From an uncultured Candidatus Saccharibacteria bacterium (GTDB taxonomy: Bacteria > Patescibacteriota > Andersenbacteria > UBA10190 > CAIZMI01), in the NCBI GenBank assembly GCA_964630025.1, contig CAZVRG010000001.1, positions 1 through 55,361 of the forward strand: a stretch of 55,361 nucleotides of DNA, written 5' to 3'. Shown here in pieces: positions 35,060-43,585 of the stretch; position 1 is the stretch's first letter; each line of letters starts with the position of its first letter. A model generated the notes under the pieces. The model ran no database searches and was not told the origin of the DNA. It saw only the letters and a list, made by a program, of their open reading frames with translations. The position numbers were made by a program, and so were the translations under genes.

Positions 35060-37348
35060 ATGGAGAAGAACATGCGCATTCGGTTCTCCATCGCCGTTGG
35101 CGTCGCATGTCTTGGCGTGCTGTTCATTCCCACCGACGCCGTTCGCGAGTCCAACGGACCAAAAGAGGAAGCGCAGTATATCCGCCGTCTGTACGAGGAT
35201 CATACAGTCGGACAAACGCTCGACAGCATGCATCCCGTGCATGCCATGCACATTCTCGTTCGCAGCGAGCAACCACAGGAGTCAACAATCATCGCCACAG
35301 ACGAAACGGAACGCGAGCGGGGACGCGTAACGACGCCCGTGACTCCGCAGGACACGTGGATCCGCTTCGATTTTTCTCCACCCCTGTCGCCGGGGAAACA
35401 GGCAATCACATTTCGCACGCTTCCGGACGTTCCGAAGGAACGTTCAGTCCTCCTGCGGTACCAGAGTGATTCCCGATTTTATGCACACGGATACATGATC
35501 GTTGATGGAGAGCCCTCCTACGGCGATCTTGCGTTTCGCGCGATTGAGCGCCTCCCGTTCTGGCGGAATGTGCTCCTGTGGGGGAACATCACGCCGGACA
35601 GCGCCATACGCGGGGGAAAGCGTATCAGCGCCGGTCTTGTCGTCGGCGGCGTACTGATGATCGCCGCGCGGACGATACGGACGACGCGGAGACCCCGGCT
35701 CGCGATCACACTCTTTCTTCTCCTGATCGCGGCTGCTGCGATCATCATCCGTCTTCCCGTTGCGTGGACGATTGAAGGCGTCTACGGGGGAGATGCCTTC
35801 AATTACCTTTCCAAGACGAATGCGCTTCTGCAGGGAGAGGATTTCTTCGCCGCCGACCCGCGAAAAGGGCCGCTCTACTCCCTCTTGCTGATCCTTGGGA
35901 TGTTCACCAGCGATCCGCTTGCCTGGTCGCGGCTTGTCGGCATTGGAGCGGCGGCCGGCGCCATTGCCCTTCTGCCATTGGTTGCGCGTCGCTTCTCACT
36001 CTCCTGGGAGATGGCGCTCGGTGCCGCCGGCCTCTTGGCAGTGAACCAGGACTTCATCTGGGAATCACCCAACGGCCTCGCCAATACGCTTTTTGCCGTC
36101 CTTATTGTGGCCGCAACCCTCGCGTATCTGAACGCCAACGACCGACGCTGGCAGTGGGCGCTCGCCGTGCTGCTTGGCATGACCTTTCTCACGCGGTATG
36201 AGGGGGGATTGCTGTCGGCGGTGTATCTGCCGGCATTGTGGATCCGCGAGCGGCTATCCTGGAAACGGGCGATACTGCTCGGCGCGACCACGGTCGCCAT
36301 CATGGCAATTCCGCAGCTCTCACTCCTTTGGTCGGGAACTCCGGGCATCCGCACGGCTACCGACGTACTCAACGACGGGGGATTATCTCTCGCCCACTCC
36401 GTTCGGGACTACCAAAATAATGCGAACCGTTTCCGTGAGTTTTCCGCGGCGGTATGGATATTCCCAGGAGAGAAGAGTCTCGTTGTACCCGTCATCGTGG
36501 GTGGTCTTCTGATTGGCGGCGTCCTGACGGGAATGCGGCGGCGTCTGATGGACGCACATGTGCTCCTCGGGCCGGCGCTCGCGGTGCTCTCGCTTGTCGT
36601 GTTGTGCATCCTCGTTCTTGGGAAATCTTCACGTCTGCGTGAGTATCTTTCGGCAGTGCCGTGGCTGCTGATTGGCATTGGCATCACTCCCTGGGTCGCC
36701 ACCAGAGTTATCGATGCGCTTGCTGTCTGGGGAGTAGTCGTGAGTCAGATCGCGATCGTCACGCTCATCCTGCCAAAACCCCGCTATTACCTTCACCTCA
36801 TTCCACTCCTTGCGCTCGGCATGGCGTTCGGGGTTCAGCACCTTGCGCAATGGAGAAACAGCTGGTATCCCCGTGCCGTTGCCGCACTGACGATCGGGAT
36901 ACTGACCAGTGTCTTCTACGTGGACGGACAGAAGACACTTGAAGGGCGCATCGAGAAGTACAACAAGCAGGCCCAGCATGTGTATGTCATGATGCAGGCG
37001 GTCAAAGATCTTCGCCGCCAGTCTCAACCCGCAGGATTCCGCACACCAGACGAACCGCCTATTGTCGTGTACCTCCCCACGGGACGTCGTTTCTTCTTCA
37101 CGGATACGGAGGAGAGTGGCGTTGGCGAACGCGAACTGCAATGGATACAAGAGAACAACGTGTGGTATGTCGTGGAGCGCAACGAAGGAAACGTCTGGCA
37201 GAGTGTTCGGGAGCACCCGGATCTCTTTGAGCACCCGCGCATCTTCGTGAGTACGTTTGGGAACGCGCGCGTTTCTGTCTACGGCGTTCATCGCGATCGC
37301 GTGCAGGCATTTTTCACCGCACGAGAAGAGCCGTCCGGGGCATTGTAG
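35060..37348 (+). CDS. GT-C membrane glycosyltransferase, ArnT/PMT-like, with an N-terminal extracytoplasmic module
   Basis: 762 aa. It has an anchor helix (IAVGVACLGVLFIP), the first-loop motif GDAFNYLSKTNALLQGEDFF, many TM helices and a soluble C-terminal domain. Confidence 0.72.
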   Translation: MEKNMRIRFSIAVGVACLGVLFIPTDAVRESNGPKEEAQYIRRLYEDHTVGQTLDSMHPVHAMHILVRSEQPQESTIIATDETERERGRVTTPVTPQDTWIRFDFSPPLSPGKQAITFRTLPDVPKERSVLLRYQSDSRFYAHGYMIVDGEPSYGDLAFRAIERLPFWRNVLLWGNITPDSAIRGGKRISAGLVVGGVLMIAARTIRTTRRPRLAITLFLLLIAAAAIIIRLPVAWTIEGVYGGDAFNYLSKTNALLQGEDFFAADPRKGPLYSLLLILGMFTSDPLAWSRLVGIGAAAGAIALLPLVARRFSLSWEMALGAAGLLAVNQDFIWESPNGLANTLFAVLIVAATLAYLNANDRRWQWALAVLLGMTFLTRYEGGLLSAVYLPALWIRERLSWKRAILLGATTVAIMAIPQLSLLWSGTPGIRTATDVLNDGGLSLAHSVRDYQNNANRFREFSAAVWIFPGEKSLVVPVIVGGLLIGGVLTGMRRRLMDAHVLLGPALAVLSLVVLCILVLGKSSRLREYLSAVPWLLIGIGITPWVATRVIDALAVWGVVVSQIAIVTLILPKPRYYLHLIPLLALGMAFGVQHLAQWRNSWYPRAVAALTIGILTSVFYVDGQKTLEGRIEKYNKQAQHVYVMMQAVKDLRRQSQPAGFRTPDEPPIVVYLPTGRRFFFTDTEESGVGERELQWIQENNVWYVVERNEGNVWQSVREHPDLFEHPRIFVSTFGNARVSVYGVHRDRVQAFFTAREEPSGAL

Positions 37349-37497
37349 ATTCCCGTTGTCGGTGTACCCTTTCCCCTTGCGGATAATGGGAATTCTCCGT
37401 ATGATTCTGCGCGTGTCCGAGCGCACTGTCCGGCAACAGACTTTCGTTCCGCAACGAGTGGACGTCTGCGAGCGCTGCGTATTCGCGCACTGATTTC

Positions 37498-40074
37498 ATG
37501 ACTCCGGTGCGTTGGTTCGCAGGGGGCATCGCGCTGCTTCTTGGCGGTGTGATTCTTCACACGGTGATTGTTGTGGATGATATTCCTGATATCACGCACG
37601 AGGTTGCAACGTACGTCACAGAAAATTCTATCGCGCTCTGGGGACCCCACACCGTCGGGCAGACAATTCTCCCACCATCACCGAATATCAGCGGCATTTC
37701 GCTTTCTCTTCGCCGTTTGCCTGGAACGCGGCTCTCCGGGCAGATCACTCTCCATCTGCGCGAATCGGCGGATGCAGCGGAGGACCTGCGTACCGTCCGA
37801 CTCCCGGCAACATTTGTTCAGGGAGACCCATTTACTGACTTTCTGTTCCCGCCGCTCCCCACGCAAAACCGCGAACAGTTGTATTTCTTTGTTGAATATG
37901 CGCAGGGCACAGAAGAAGCACCGCTCGCGCTCCGCGCCGAACAGCGATATGGGACCCCACAGGAAGCAAGCATTGTTGATTACCAAAGAGGAACGCTCAC
38001 ACGTGACCATCAGGCAGTGCCCGGCGATCTCGCGTTCCGACTGCTCAAACGCGCACGCCGCCCCCTCGGACTTCAAGGAGTGGCGGCCGCCATACTTGGC
38101 GGTGCTGCATTGATGACTGGTGGCATCGCGTCATTCGCCGTGCGGCGTGGACGGATGCGCGCGTCGTTGGTACTTCCTATGACCTTCGGTATCATCGGCG
38201 CCGGACTTCCGCTGGTGTTCACCCTTCCATTCTTCATCCATCCCTCGTTCCTCGGTATCGGGGATTGGGACATGAACACGACGCTGCATGCGGCAGCAGA
38301 ACGCGCAATCATTCGCGAGCAATCATTTCCGTCGTGGAACCCGTATCTCTGCGGCGGCACGCCGCTTGCTGCATTCCCGGAAGCCCCTGTCTTCTCACCG
38401 TTTTTCTCTACCGTGCTTCTGGGCGGCGCGGTGCAAGGATTTAAAGTGAACATTCTTTTACACGGCAGTGTGGCGTTTCTTGGCATGCTGGTGTGGCTGC
38501 GAAAAGGATGGAAGGTCTCATGGCCTGCCGCGTTCCTCGGTGCTGCCGTCTTTGCTTTTTCTCCGTACATCGGGTTGCATCTTGCTGCCGGTCATTCACG
38601 TAAGGTTGCCGCAGCGTGGATTCCATGGATCTTGTTTTTCTTCCAGCGCGCAATGGAGGAAAAAATTTCTAAGTACCAAGCTCCAAGTACCAAACAATTT
38701 CCAAAGTCCAAATCCCCAATGCGAACGTTTGGAGCTTGGATTCTGGAGCTTGGAGCTTCGCGAGGGCTGCGCTGGACTGCCCCTGCAGGCGCTTTCTTGT
38801 CATTGATGTTTCTCGATGGCAGTGTGTACCTGTCGGTTTACACTGCAACATTCGTCGCACTCGTCGGCGCGTTCGCCAGCGTGCTCGAGCGACGCTGGCG
38901 CCCTATCGTTGCGGGGATTCTTGTTCTTCTTTTGGGCGGTACTCTTGCCGGCGTGCACCTTGTTCCCGCTGTCCTTTCACAAACAACATTAAAAACGGAG
39001 TTGAGAAACGAAACATCGCCGTTGCCGGTCAGCGCGCTGTGGTCCGTCTTTCTTGATCCCGATCAGCGCGATGATGCGCAGAAATTCGACGCGCAAACAC
39101 AGCCATGGTTTGAGTATGGAGCGTATGTCGGTATCGGACCGTTGCTTCTGGCATTCGTCGGGCTTCTGGTGAAAAGAAAAACAGTGGTTCCATGGGTTGG
39201 TGCTGGTCTTTTTTTCTTACTCGTCCCACTTTCAGGATACCTGCAACGATGGAGTGAACTGATTCCTCTGTTTGGCGATTTGCGAAACCCACAGCGCATG
39301 CTGGGCATGATGACCATTGTCATCGGCATTCTTGCCGCAATTGGATTTGAGCGATTGACACAGTGGCTCCAGGGATCTTCGCAAACTGTGCCCCCGGAGC
39401 ACACGGCGTCGTATCGCGCTATTCGTGCCTCTCTTGGCGTGCTCGCCGCGATCCTGATCGGCCACATGATATTCATGAATACCGATACGCTTGCCAATAC
39501 ATTCATTGTTCCGCCGCCACCGGCACGGGAAGCGCCGTTCCAGCAGGGATGGGCACGGAGTCGTCACATCGGAGAGAAAGACTCGTTCGCGTTCACCATG
39601 GAAAACACGGTGCAGAACCGAGGCTCCATGAACCGGTGCTCGGTGGCCAGTGTGCGCACCACGGAGGCGTTGCGCATCCCCCTCTCGAAACCGGGAGAAG
39701 AAGTTGCGGCAAACTTTCAGGATGCCGCGTACCTCGGCGAGGCATTTTTCCTCGAGGGCGAGGGATCCGCAACGGTTGACGTACACACAACAAACCGTGT
39801 TCGGGTCCGATATGAAACACGCACCCCGGCAATACTTGCCATTAATGAGAACATGCATCACGGGTGGAGTGTGGTTCATGACGCCGACGGCGCGTCTTCT
39901 TCGCGCCCCGCGGACGGAACGAGCGGCCTCGTGACAACATCTCTCTCGCCCGGCTCCGGCGTAGTGACCTTTTCGTACGCAACGCCGGGACTTGGTGCGG
40001 GCATCCTGGTCACAACGCTGGGGATCATTGCATCGCTATCCCTGTGGTACCTGGCGGCACGGAAATCACCATGA
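37498..40074 (+). CDS. YfhO-like GT-C membrane glycosyltransferase with an N-terminal extracytoplasmic module
   Basis: 858 aa. It has the first-loop motif FPSWNPYLCGGTPLAAFPE, many TM helices, a C-terminal beta domain and a terminal anchor (ILVTTLGIIASLSLWYL). It carries a 96 nt in-frame repeat insertion. Confidence 0.7.
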   Translation: MTPVRWFAGGIALLLGGVILHTVIVVDDIPDITHEVATYVTENSIALWGPHTVGQTILPPSPNISGISLSLRRLPGTRLSGQITLHLRESADAAEDLRTVRLPATFVQGDPFTDFLFPPLPTQNREQLYFFVEYAQGTEEAPLALRAEQRYGTPQEASIVDYQRGTLTRDHQAVPGDLAFRLLKRARRPLGLQGVAAAILGGAALMTGGIASFAVRRGRMRASLVLPMTFGIIGAGLPLVFTLPFFIHPSFLGIGDWDMNTTLHAAAERAIIREQSFPSWNPYLCGGTPLAAFPEAPVFSPFFSTVLLGGAVQGFKVNILLHGSVAFLGMLVWLRKGWKVSWPAAFLGAAVFAFSPYIGLHLAAGHSRKVAAAWIPWILFFFQRAMEEKISKYQAPSTKQFPKSKSPMRTFGAWILELGASRGLRWTAPAGAFLSLMFLDGSVYLSVYTATFVALVGAFASVLERRWRPIVAGILVLLLGGTLAGVHLVPAVLSQTTLKTELRNETSPLPVSALWSVFLDPDQRDDAQKFDAQTQPWFEYGAYVGIGPLLLAFVGLLVKRKTVVPWVGAGLFFLLVPLSGYLQRWSELIPLFGDLRNPQRMLGMMTIVIGILAAIGFERLTQWLQGSSQTVPPEHTASYRAIRASLGVLAAILIGHMIFMNTDTLANTFIVPPPPAREAPFQQGWARSRHIGEKDSFAFTMENTVQNRGSMNRCSVASVRTTEALRIPLSKPGEEVAANFQDAAYLGEAFFLEGEGSATVDVHTTNRVRVRYETRTPAILAINENMHHGWSVVHDADGASSSRPADGTSGLVTTSLSPGSGVVTFSYATPGLGAGILVTTLGIIASLSLWYLAARKSP
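38662..38757. repeat. CCAAA/TTTGG-rich imperfect palindromic element inserted in-frame in 37498..40074
   Basis: AAGCTCCAAG (38678-87) pairs perfectly with CTTGGAGCTT (38749-58). CCAAAC (38690-95) pairs with GTTTGG (38727-32). The 13-mer GTTTGGAGCTTGG is shared with the element at 46331..46465. The element encodes 32 aa that are absent from all four paralogs at this loop. Confidence 0.65.
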
Positions 40075-41690
40075 CCGACCAGCAACCAACACTCGCGCAC
40101 GCAGCGCGATCAGGAACGGCTATTGGCATCGCCCAGGTGTTCAGCTATGCGGCAAGTTTTGCACTGAGCCTTGCGATCGCCGCGACATTCGGCGCGGGAC
40201 GAACAACCGACGCGTACTTTATGGCAACATCTACCGCTGAGCTCCTTGCGAAAATCCTTCTTGGCGGCGCAGTGACCTCTGTTCTGCTTCCGTACTTCGT
40301 TGCATATCTTGCGAAGGGAAACCCCGCGCGCGCATGGGCGCTGTTTTCTTCCCTCTTCTCGCTTGCCGTTGTGGCGTTTCTTGTCTTCGGCACCACGCTG
40401 CAAGTATTTGCGAACGGGCTCGTCGCCTTCATCGCCCCGGGGTTTTCAGAGGAAACGCGTCTTCTGACCATTGTCCTGCTGCGTCTGGTCTTTCCGGCAT
40501 ACCTGTTGTCGTTCTTGGCGGATCTCGCCATGGTGCCTCTGCACGCGCAGGGACGCTTCGGCCTGCCGGCACTGTCGCGACTCGTTGTCCCCGTCATAAC
40601 GCTTCTTGCGTTTCTCGCCTTCGCGGGACGCATCGGCATCAGCGTTCTCGCAATCGGCACACTCATCGGCACCGCTGTGCAGTTGGTTCTTCTGCTCTTG
40701 GCGCTCTCGCGCGTCGGATACACTCCCACCACCCGTCTGTGGAATCCCGACCTGAAGCGCATTCTTTTTCTGACGCTTCCGTTCATTCTCTCCATTCTCG
40801 CTGCGCAGGGAGCGGGCATTGTGTATCGCATCTTTGTCTCCATGGAGCCGGAAGGATCATTGGCGAGTTTGAAATTCAGCGAGCGGATTTTTTTCATCGC
40901 CAATACCCTGTTCCTGGGGACCATTGTGCAGGTTTCCTTTCCTGCCTTTGCCCGCGCTGCTTCCACGTCGCTCGCGGAGGCGCAGGAACGATTGCGCACG
41001 GCATTTCGTCTCGTGACCCTCGCCGGTATTCCTCTGACCGTCGGTTTGATCCTTCTCCGCACCCCGCTCATTCGCGTGCTCTATGAGCGCGGCGCCTTTA
41101 CCCCCGAAGATACGGCCGCAACCGCCCTACTCGTCCCGTTCTTTGTTCTCGGACTGCTCGGGAACGGGTGGAGTTCTCTCCTCGGCCACTTTGTGCTTGC
41201 ATTTCAGGAAACACGAACGGCCGTCGGAGTGTCGGTTGCCCTCCAAGCAATTGCGGCGGGATTATTCGCCCTGCTCGTCCCATCACTGGGGATCGTCGGC
41301 CTTGCCCTGGTCTCCGGCGTAGGACCGCTGGTGTTGACGACACTGTATCTGTGGGCGTTTCGCGCGCGCATGCCGTCACTGCGCGTTCTCTTTTTCAATG
41401 CGTATACGGGTCGTCTGGCACTTGCAGGCGGCATATGCGCGCTGTTGGTCACCGGTGTTCTCTGGTTCGCGCGGACGGTTCCACCAAGTACGAGCACAGA
41501 TCTCGGTACGTTGCTGATTGCGGGCATCGGCGGCGGGGGCGCGTATCTCCTGACGGCATGGTTGCTTGGCGTTCCCGAAACAGGTATGGTACTTCGTCTT
41601 CTCCGACAGGAATGCACCCGCATGACCAACACTGTTCGCACCAATCTTTCTCTGCTGGGAAACGGTATGATGCGAAGACGCCTCCCATGA
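40071..41690 (+). CDS. murJ: MurJ/MviN-family (MOP superfamily) lipid-linked glycan flippase
   Basis: About 539 aa from the ATG at 40071, which makes an ATGA overlap with the upstream stop. The N-terminal pattern FGAGRTTDAYFMATSTAELLAKILLGGAVTSVLLPYF matches the MurJ signature FGAG-x2-TDAF ... P. It has about 14 TM helices. Confidence 0.75.
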   Translation: MTDQQPTLAHAARSGTAIGIAQVFSYAASFALSLAIAATFGAGRTTDAYFMATSTAELLAKILLGGAVTSVLLPYFVAYLAKGNPARAWALFSSLFSLAVVAFLVFGTTLQVFANGLVAFIAPGFSEETRLLTIVLLRLVFPAYLLSFLADLAMVPLHAQGRFGLPALSRLVVPVITLLAFLAFAGRIGISVLAIGTLIGTAVQLVLLLLALSRVGYTPTTRLWNPDLKRILFLTLPFILSILAAQGAGIVYRIFVSMEPEGSLASLKFSERIFFIANTLFLGTIVQVSFPAFARAASTSLAEAQERLRTAFRLVTLAGIPLTVGLILLRTPLIRVLYERGAFTPEDTAATALLVPFFVLGLLGNGWSSLLGHFVLAFQETRTAVGVSVALQAIAAGLFALLVPSLGIVGLALVSGVGPLVLTTLYLWAFRARMPSLRVLFFNAYTGRLALAGGICALLVTGVLWFARTVPPSTSTDLGTLLIAGIGGGGAYLLTAWLLGVPETGMVLRLLRQECTRMTNTVRTNLSLLGNGMMRRRLP

Positions 41691-43000
41691 GATTTGCGTG
41701 TGTCGAATATACGACAAAGACCGGGGCGATGTGGCGTCATACGCCCGAGCGGCCAAATTATCTTGCGGATCCGGAAAAAGAAATCGATCCGACAAGCTTT
41801 GGCTGCTACACCTCGGCGTTCGAAGGGGTGCATGTGCCGCTCTCCGGATTGATTTACGAATCGTTGACGAAACCGCCGTCAGCATTTCGGCGATTGCGCC
41901 AAGACCTGACGCGCACGCGCACCGGTGCGTTCGCGTCATACGATCTGTCGCTCCTCGCATCGCTGGATGTTCTCCTGGTTATTTACCAGATGAGTAACGA
42001 CGACGAGTTGGTCAGATTTGTGCAGCGCGTCCGCAAGGAATTTCCGGATCTCATTCTTGTGAGTTCGTCTTCGCCTCCCTTCGGTCGCTTGCGAGAGCAT
42101 TGGAAAGATCATCCGGATGCCATTACTCGATACCAAGCATTCATCAACGCAACGCACATGAACATGAATGTCTGTCGGGCGACTGTCCCGTATTACACAC
42201 ACCTCGTAGAGACGCCGTCTCTCTACCTTCCGCAACCGTATCCGGTGGAGTATGCAATATCTCGGGTGGGAACCGCTTCGGAGCTGGCACCCCCAACGCT
42301 CCTTCGGATGTCGCGTTGGGGCCCCCGCCGCTCTCCTCCGATGCTCCCCCCTCCCGCTAGAGGTGTCGCTCGGCCCGGGCCCGATTACCCGCGGCCTCGC
42401 GACCGTGAAACGATTTCATCATCTCGACCAATAATCTACGTTTCGGGCGATACCGTCCGACCGGATATTCTCGCCGGACATCTTGTCGCGCGAGAATTGC
42501 AGAAACGACATCCGGACATGCTCATTCGCATCACAAAAACACCAGAGTTCTCTCTCAACACCGCACTCTTGGAGGGTGCCGGGTATGAGGTCGTGCCCTT
42601 CCGACCGTGGGCAGAGCAGCTTGTTGAACTTGCGACTGTTCGTCTTGTACTCAACACCGATATGTGGTGGACACGCGGTCGCGTGCAGGTGGATTGTGCC
42701 GCCGCCGGCGTTCCGTGCGTTGGCACAACCAGTGATGGGCAAACAGAGCTCTGGCCGGAACTCACCGCACCACACAGCACGGACATTGCCGCCCTGCTCG
42801 CTCTTTCAGAACGCGCATTGACCGATGAGGCATTTCGCGCGTCCGCCATCCGCACAGCGCAACGACGCCTCGCCCACTATGCCTACGAGCCAACCGTGGA
42901 GCGCTTCACGCGTGCCGTGGACTCTGTCCGCACTGGACAACGCGCCGATTGGCACGACCCTATCTGGGAGCACGATGCTCTCACACTCCCAACACCATGA
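41687..43000 (+). CDS. putative GT-B fold glycosyltransferase with a Pro/Arg-rich internal insertion
   Basis: 437 aa from the ATG at 41687 (ATGA overlap with the murJ stop). The 173-codon upstream extension in the track overlaps murJ. The C-terminal region RGRVQVDCAAAGVPCVGTTSDGQTELWPEL resembles the donor-binding loop of GT1/GT4 enzymes. Confidence 0.45.
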   Translation: MRFACVEYTTKTGAMWRHTPERPNYLADPEKEIDPTSFGCYTSAFEGVHVPLSGLIYESLTKPPSAFRRLRQDLTRTRTGAFASYDLSLLASLDVLLVIYQMSNDDELVRFVQRVRKEFPDLILVSSSSPPFGRLREHWKDHPDAITRYQAFINATHMNMNVCRATVPYYTHLVETPSLYLPQPYPVEYAISRVGTASELAPPTLLRMSRWGPRRSPPMLPPPARGVARPGPDYPRPRDRETISSSRPIIYVSGDTVRPDILAGHLVARELQKRHPDMLIRITKTPEFSLNTALLEGAGYEVVPFRPWAEQLVELATVRLVLNTDMWWTRGRVQVDCAAAGVPCVGTTSDGQTELWPELTAPHSTDIAALLALSERALTDEAFRASAIRTAQRRLAHYAYEPTVERFTRAVDSVRTGQRADWHDPIWEHDALTLPTP

Positions 43001-43569
43001 GCGTGAAGAATGTCCGCATCTGGATACTGCGCCGTCTGCGAACCGCCGAGACACGTTCCGAGGCAGCTGCATTCGTCATTCTTGGAATGACGTGTATCGC
43101 GTTGTTTGCGTACGCCGCAGGCTACGCGAGACGGGAGTACCGAGATGGCCTGCGACGACAGTACGTGCGCGAAATGAAATCCGAGCTCGAGCGTTCATTC
43201 AACACGGTAAACGGCTTCCCCCTTCATCCGTCGGGAGATCTTGGGTGGTGCGGATCAACAGAGGACCCGGAGGACTGGTTTTTCACTGCCTTCCTGAAAC
43301 GCGAGCGGCGCTGGAGCAGTGCTCTGTACACGCCGGCGCAACAAAACGGAATTTTTCGGTATTGCCCAACTGCGGTCGGAGGAAAAACAACAACGGGCAG
43401 ACCGCTCGCCGCGGGGTTTTTTCTGGAGGCCGCGCTGGAAAATCGTGATCCGGACACGGGCGGATTCAACACGGAGTACAACATGTTTGAACGCACGCTA
43501 ACGGAAAGCGGACACACCGTCTTCCGCGTTTGCGGGGGAACAGAAGCGCAGTGCGGAACAGAGCGATAG
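42997..43569 (+). CDS. hypothetical membrane-anchored protein with four Cys in its exported domain
   Basis: 190 aa from the ATG at 42997 (ATGA overlap). It has one TM helix (AAAFVILGMTCIALFAYAAGY) and then a ~130 aa domain with Cys at WCGS, RYCP, RVCGG and AQCG. I recognised no family. Confidence 0.5.
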   Translation: MSVKNVRIWILRRLRTAETRSEAAAFVILGMTCIALFAYAAGYARREYRDGLRRQYVREMKSELERSFNTVNGFPLHPSGDLGWCGSTEDPEDWFFTAFLKRERRWSSALYTPAQQNGIFRYCPTAVGGKTTTGRPLAAGFFLEAALENRDPDTGGFNTEYNMFERTLTESGHTVFRVCGGTEAQCGTER

Positions 43570-43585
43570 AGCGCGATACTCCTCT

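Noticed and set aside
37349-37497. 149 nt intergenic region examined for an ncRNA, riboswitch or degenerate repeat copy (ATTCCC ... GGGAAT stem)
   Set aside because: It has only a 6 bp stem with a 33 nt loop and no further conserved structure or known motif. The evidence is insufficient to call any feature.
41168-41686. 173-codon upstream extension of the GT-B ORF (track ORF 41168..43000), and similar extensions at 29357-29482, 25287-25346, 49504-49590 and 48422-48466
   Set aside because: The extensions overlap the 3' part of the preceding, well-supported gene and are Arg/Gly-rich. In each case an ATG sits exactly at or within a few nt of the upstream stop, which fits translational coupling.
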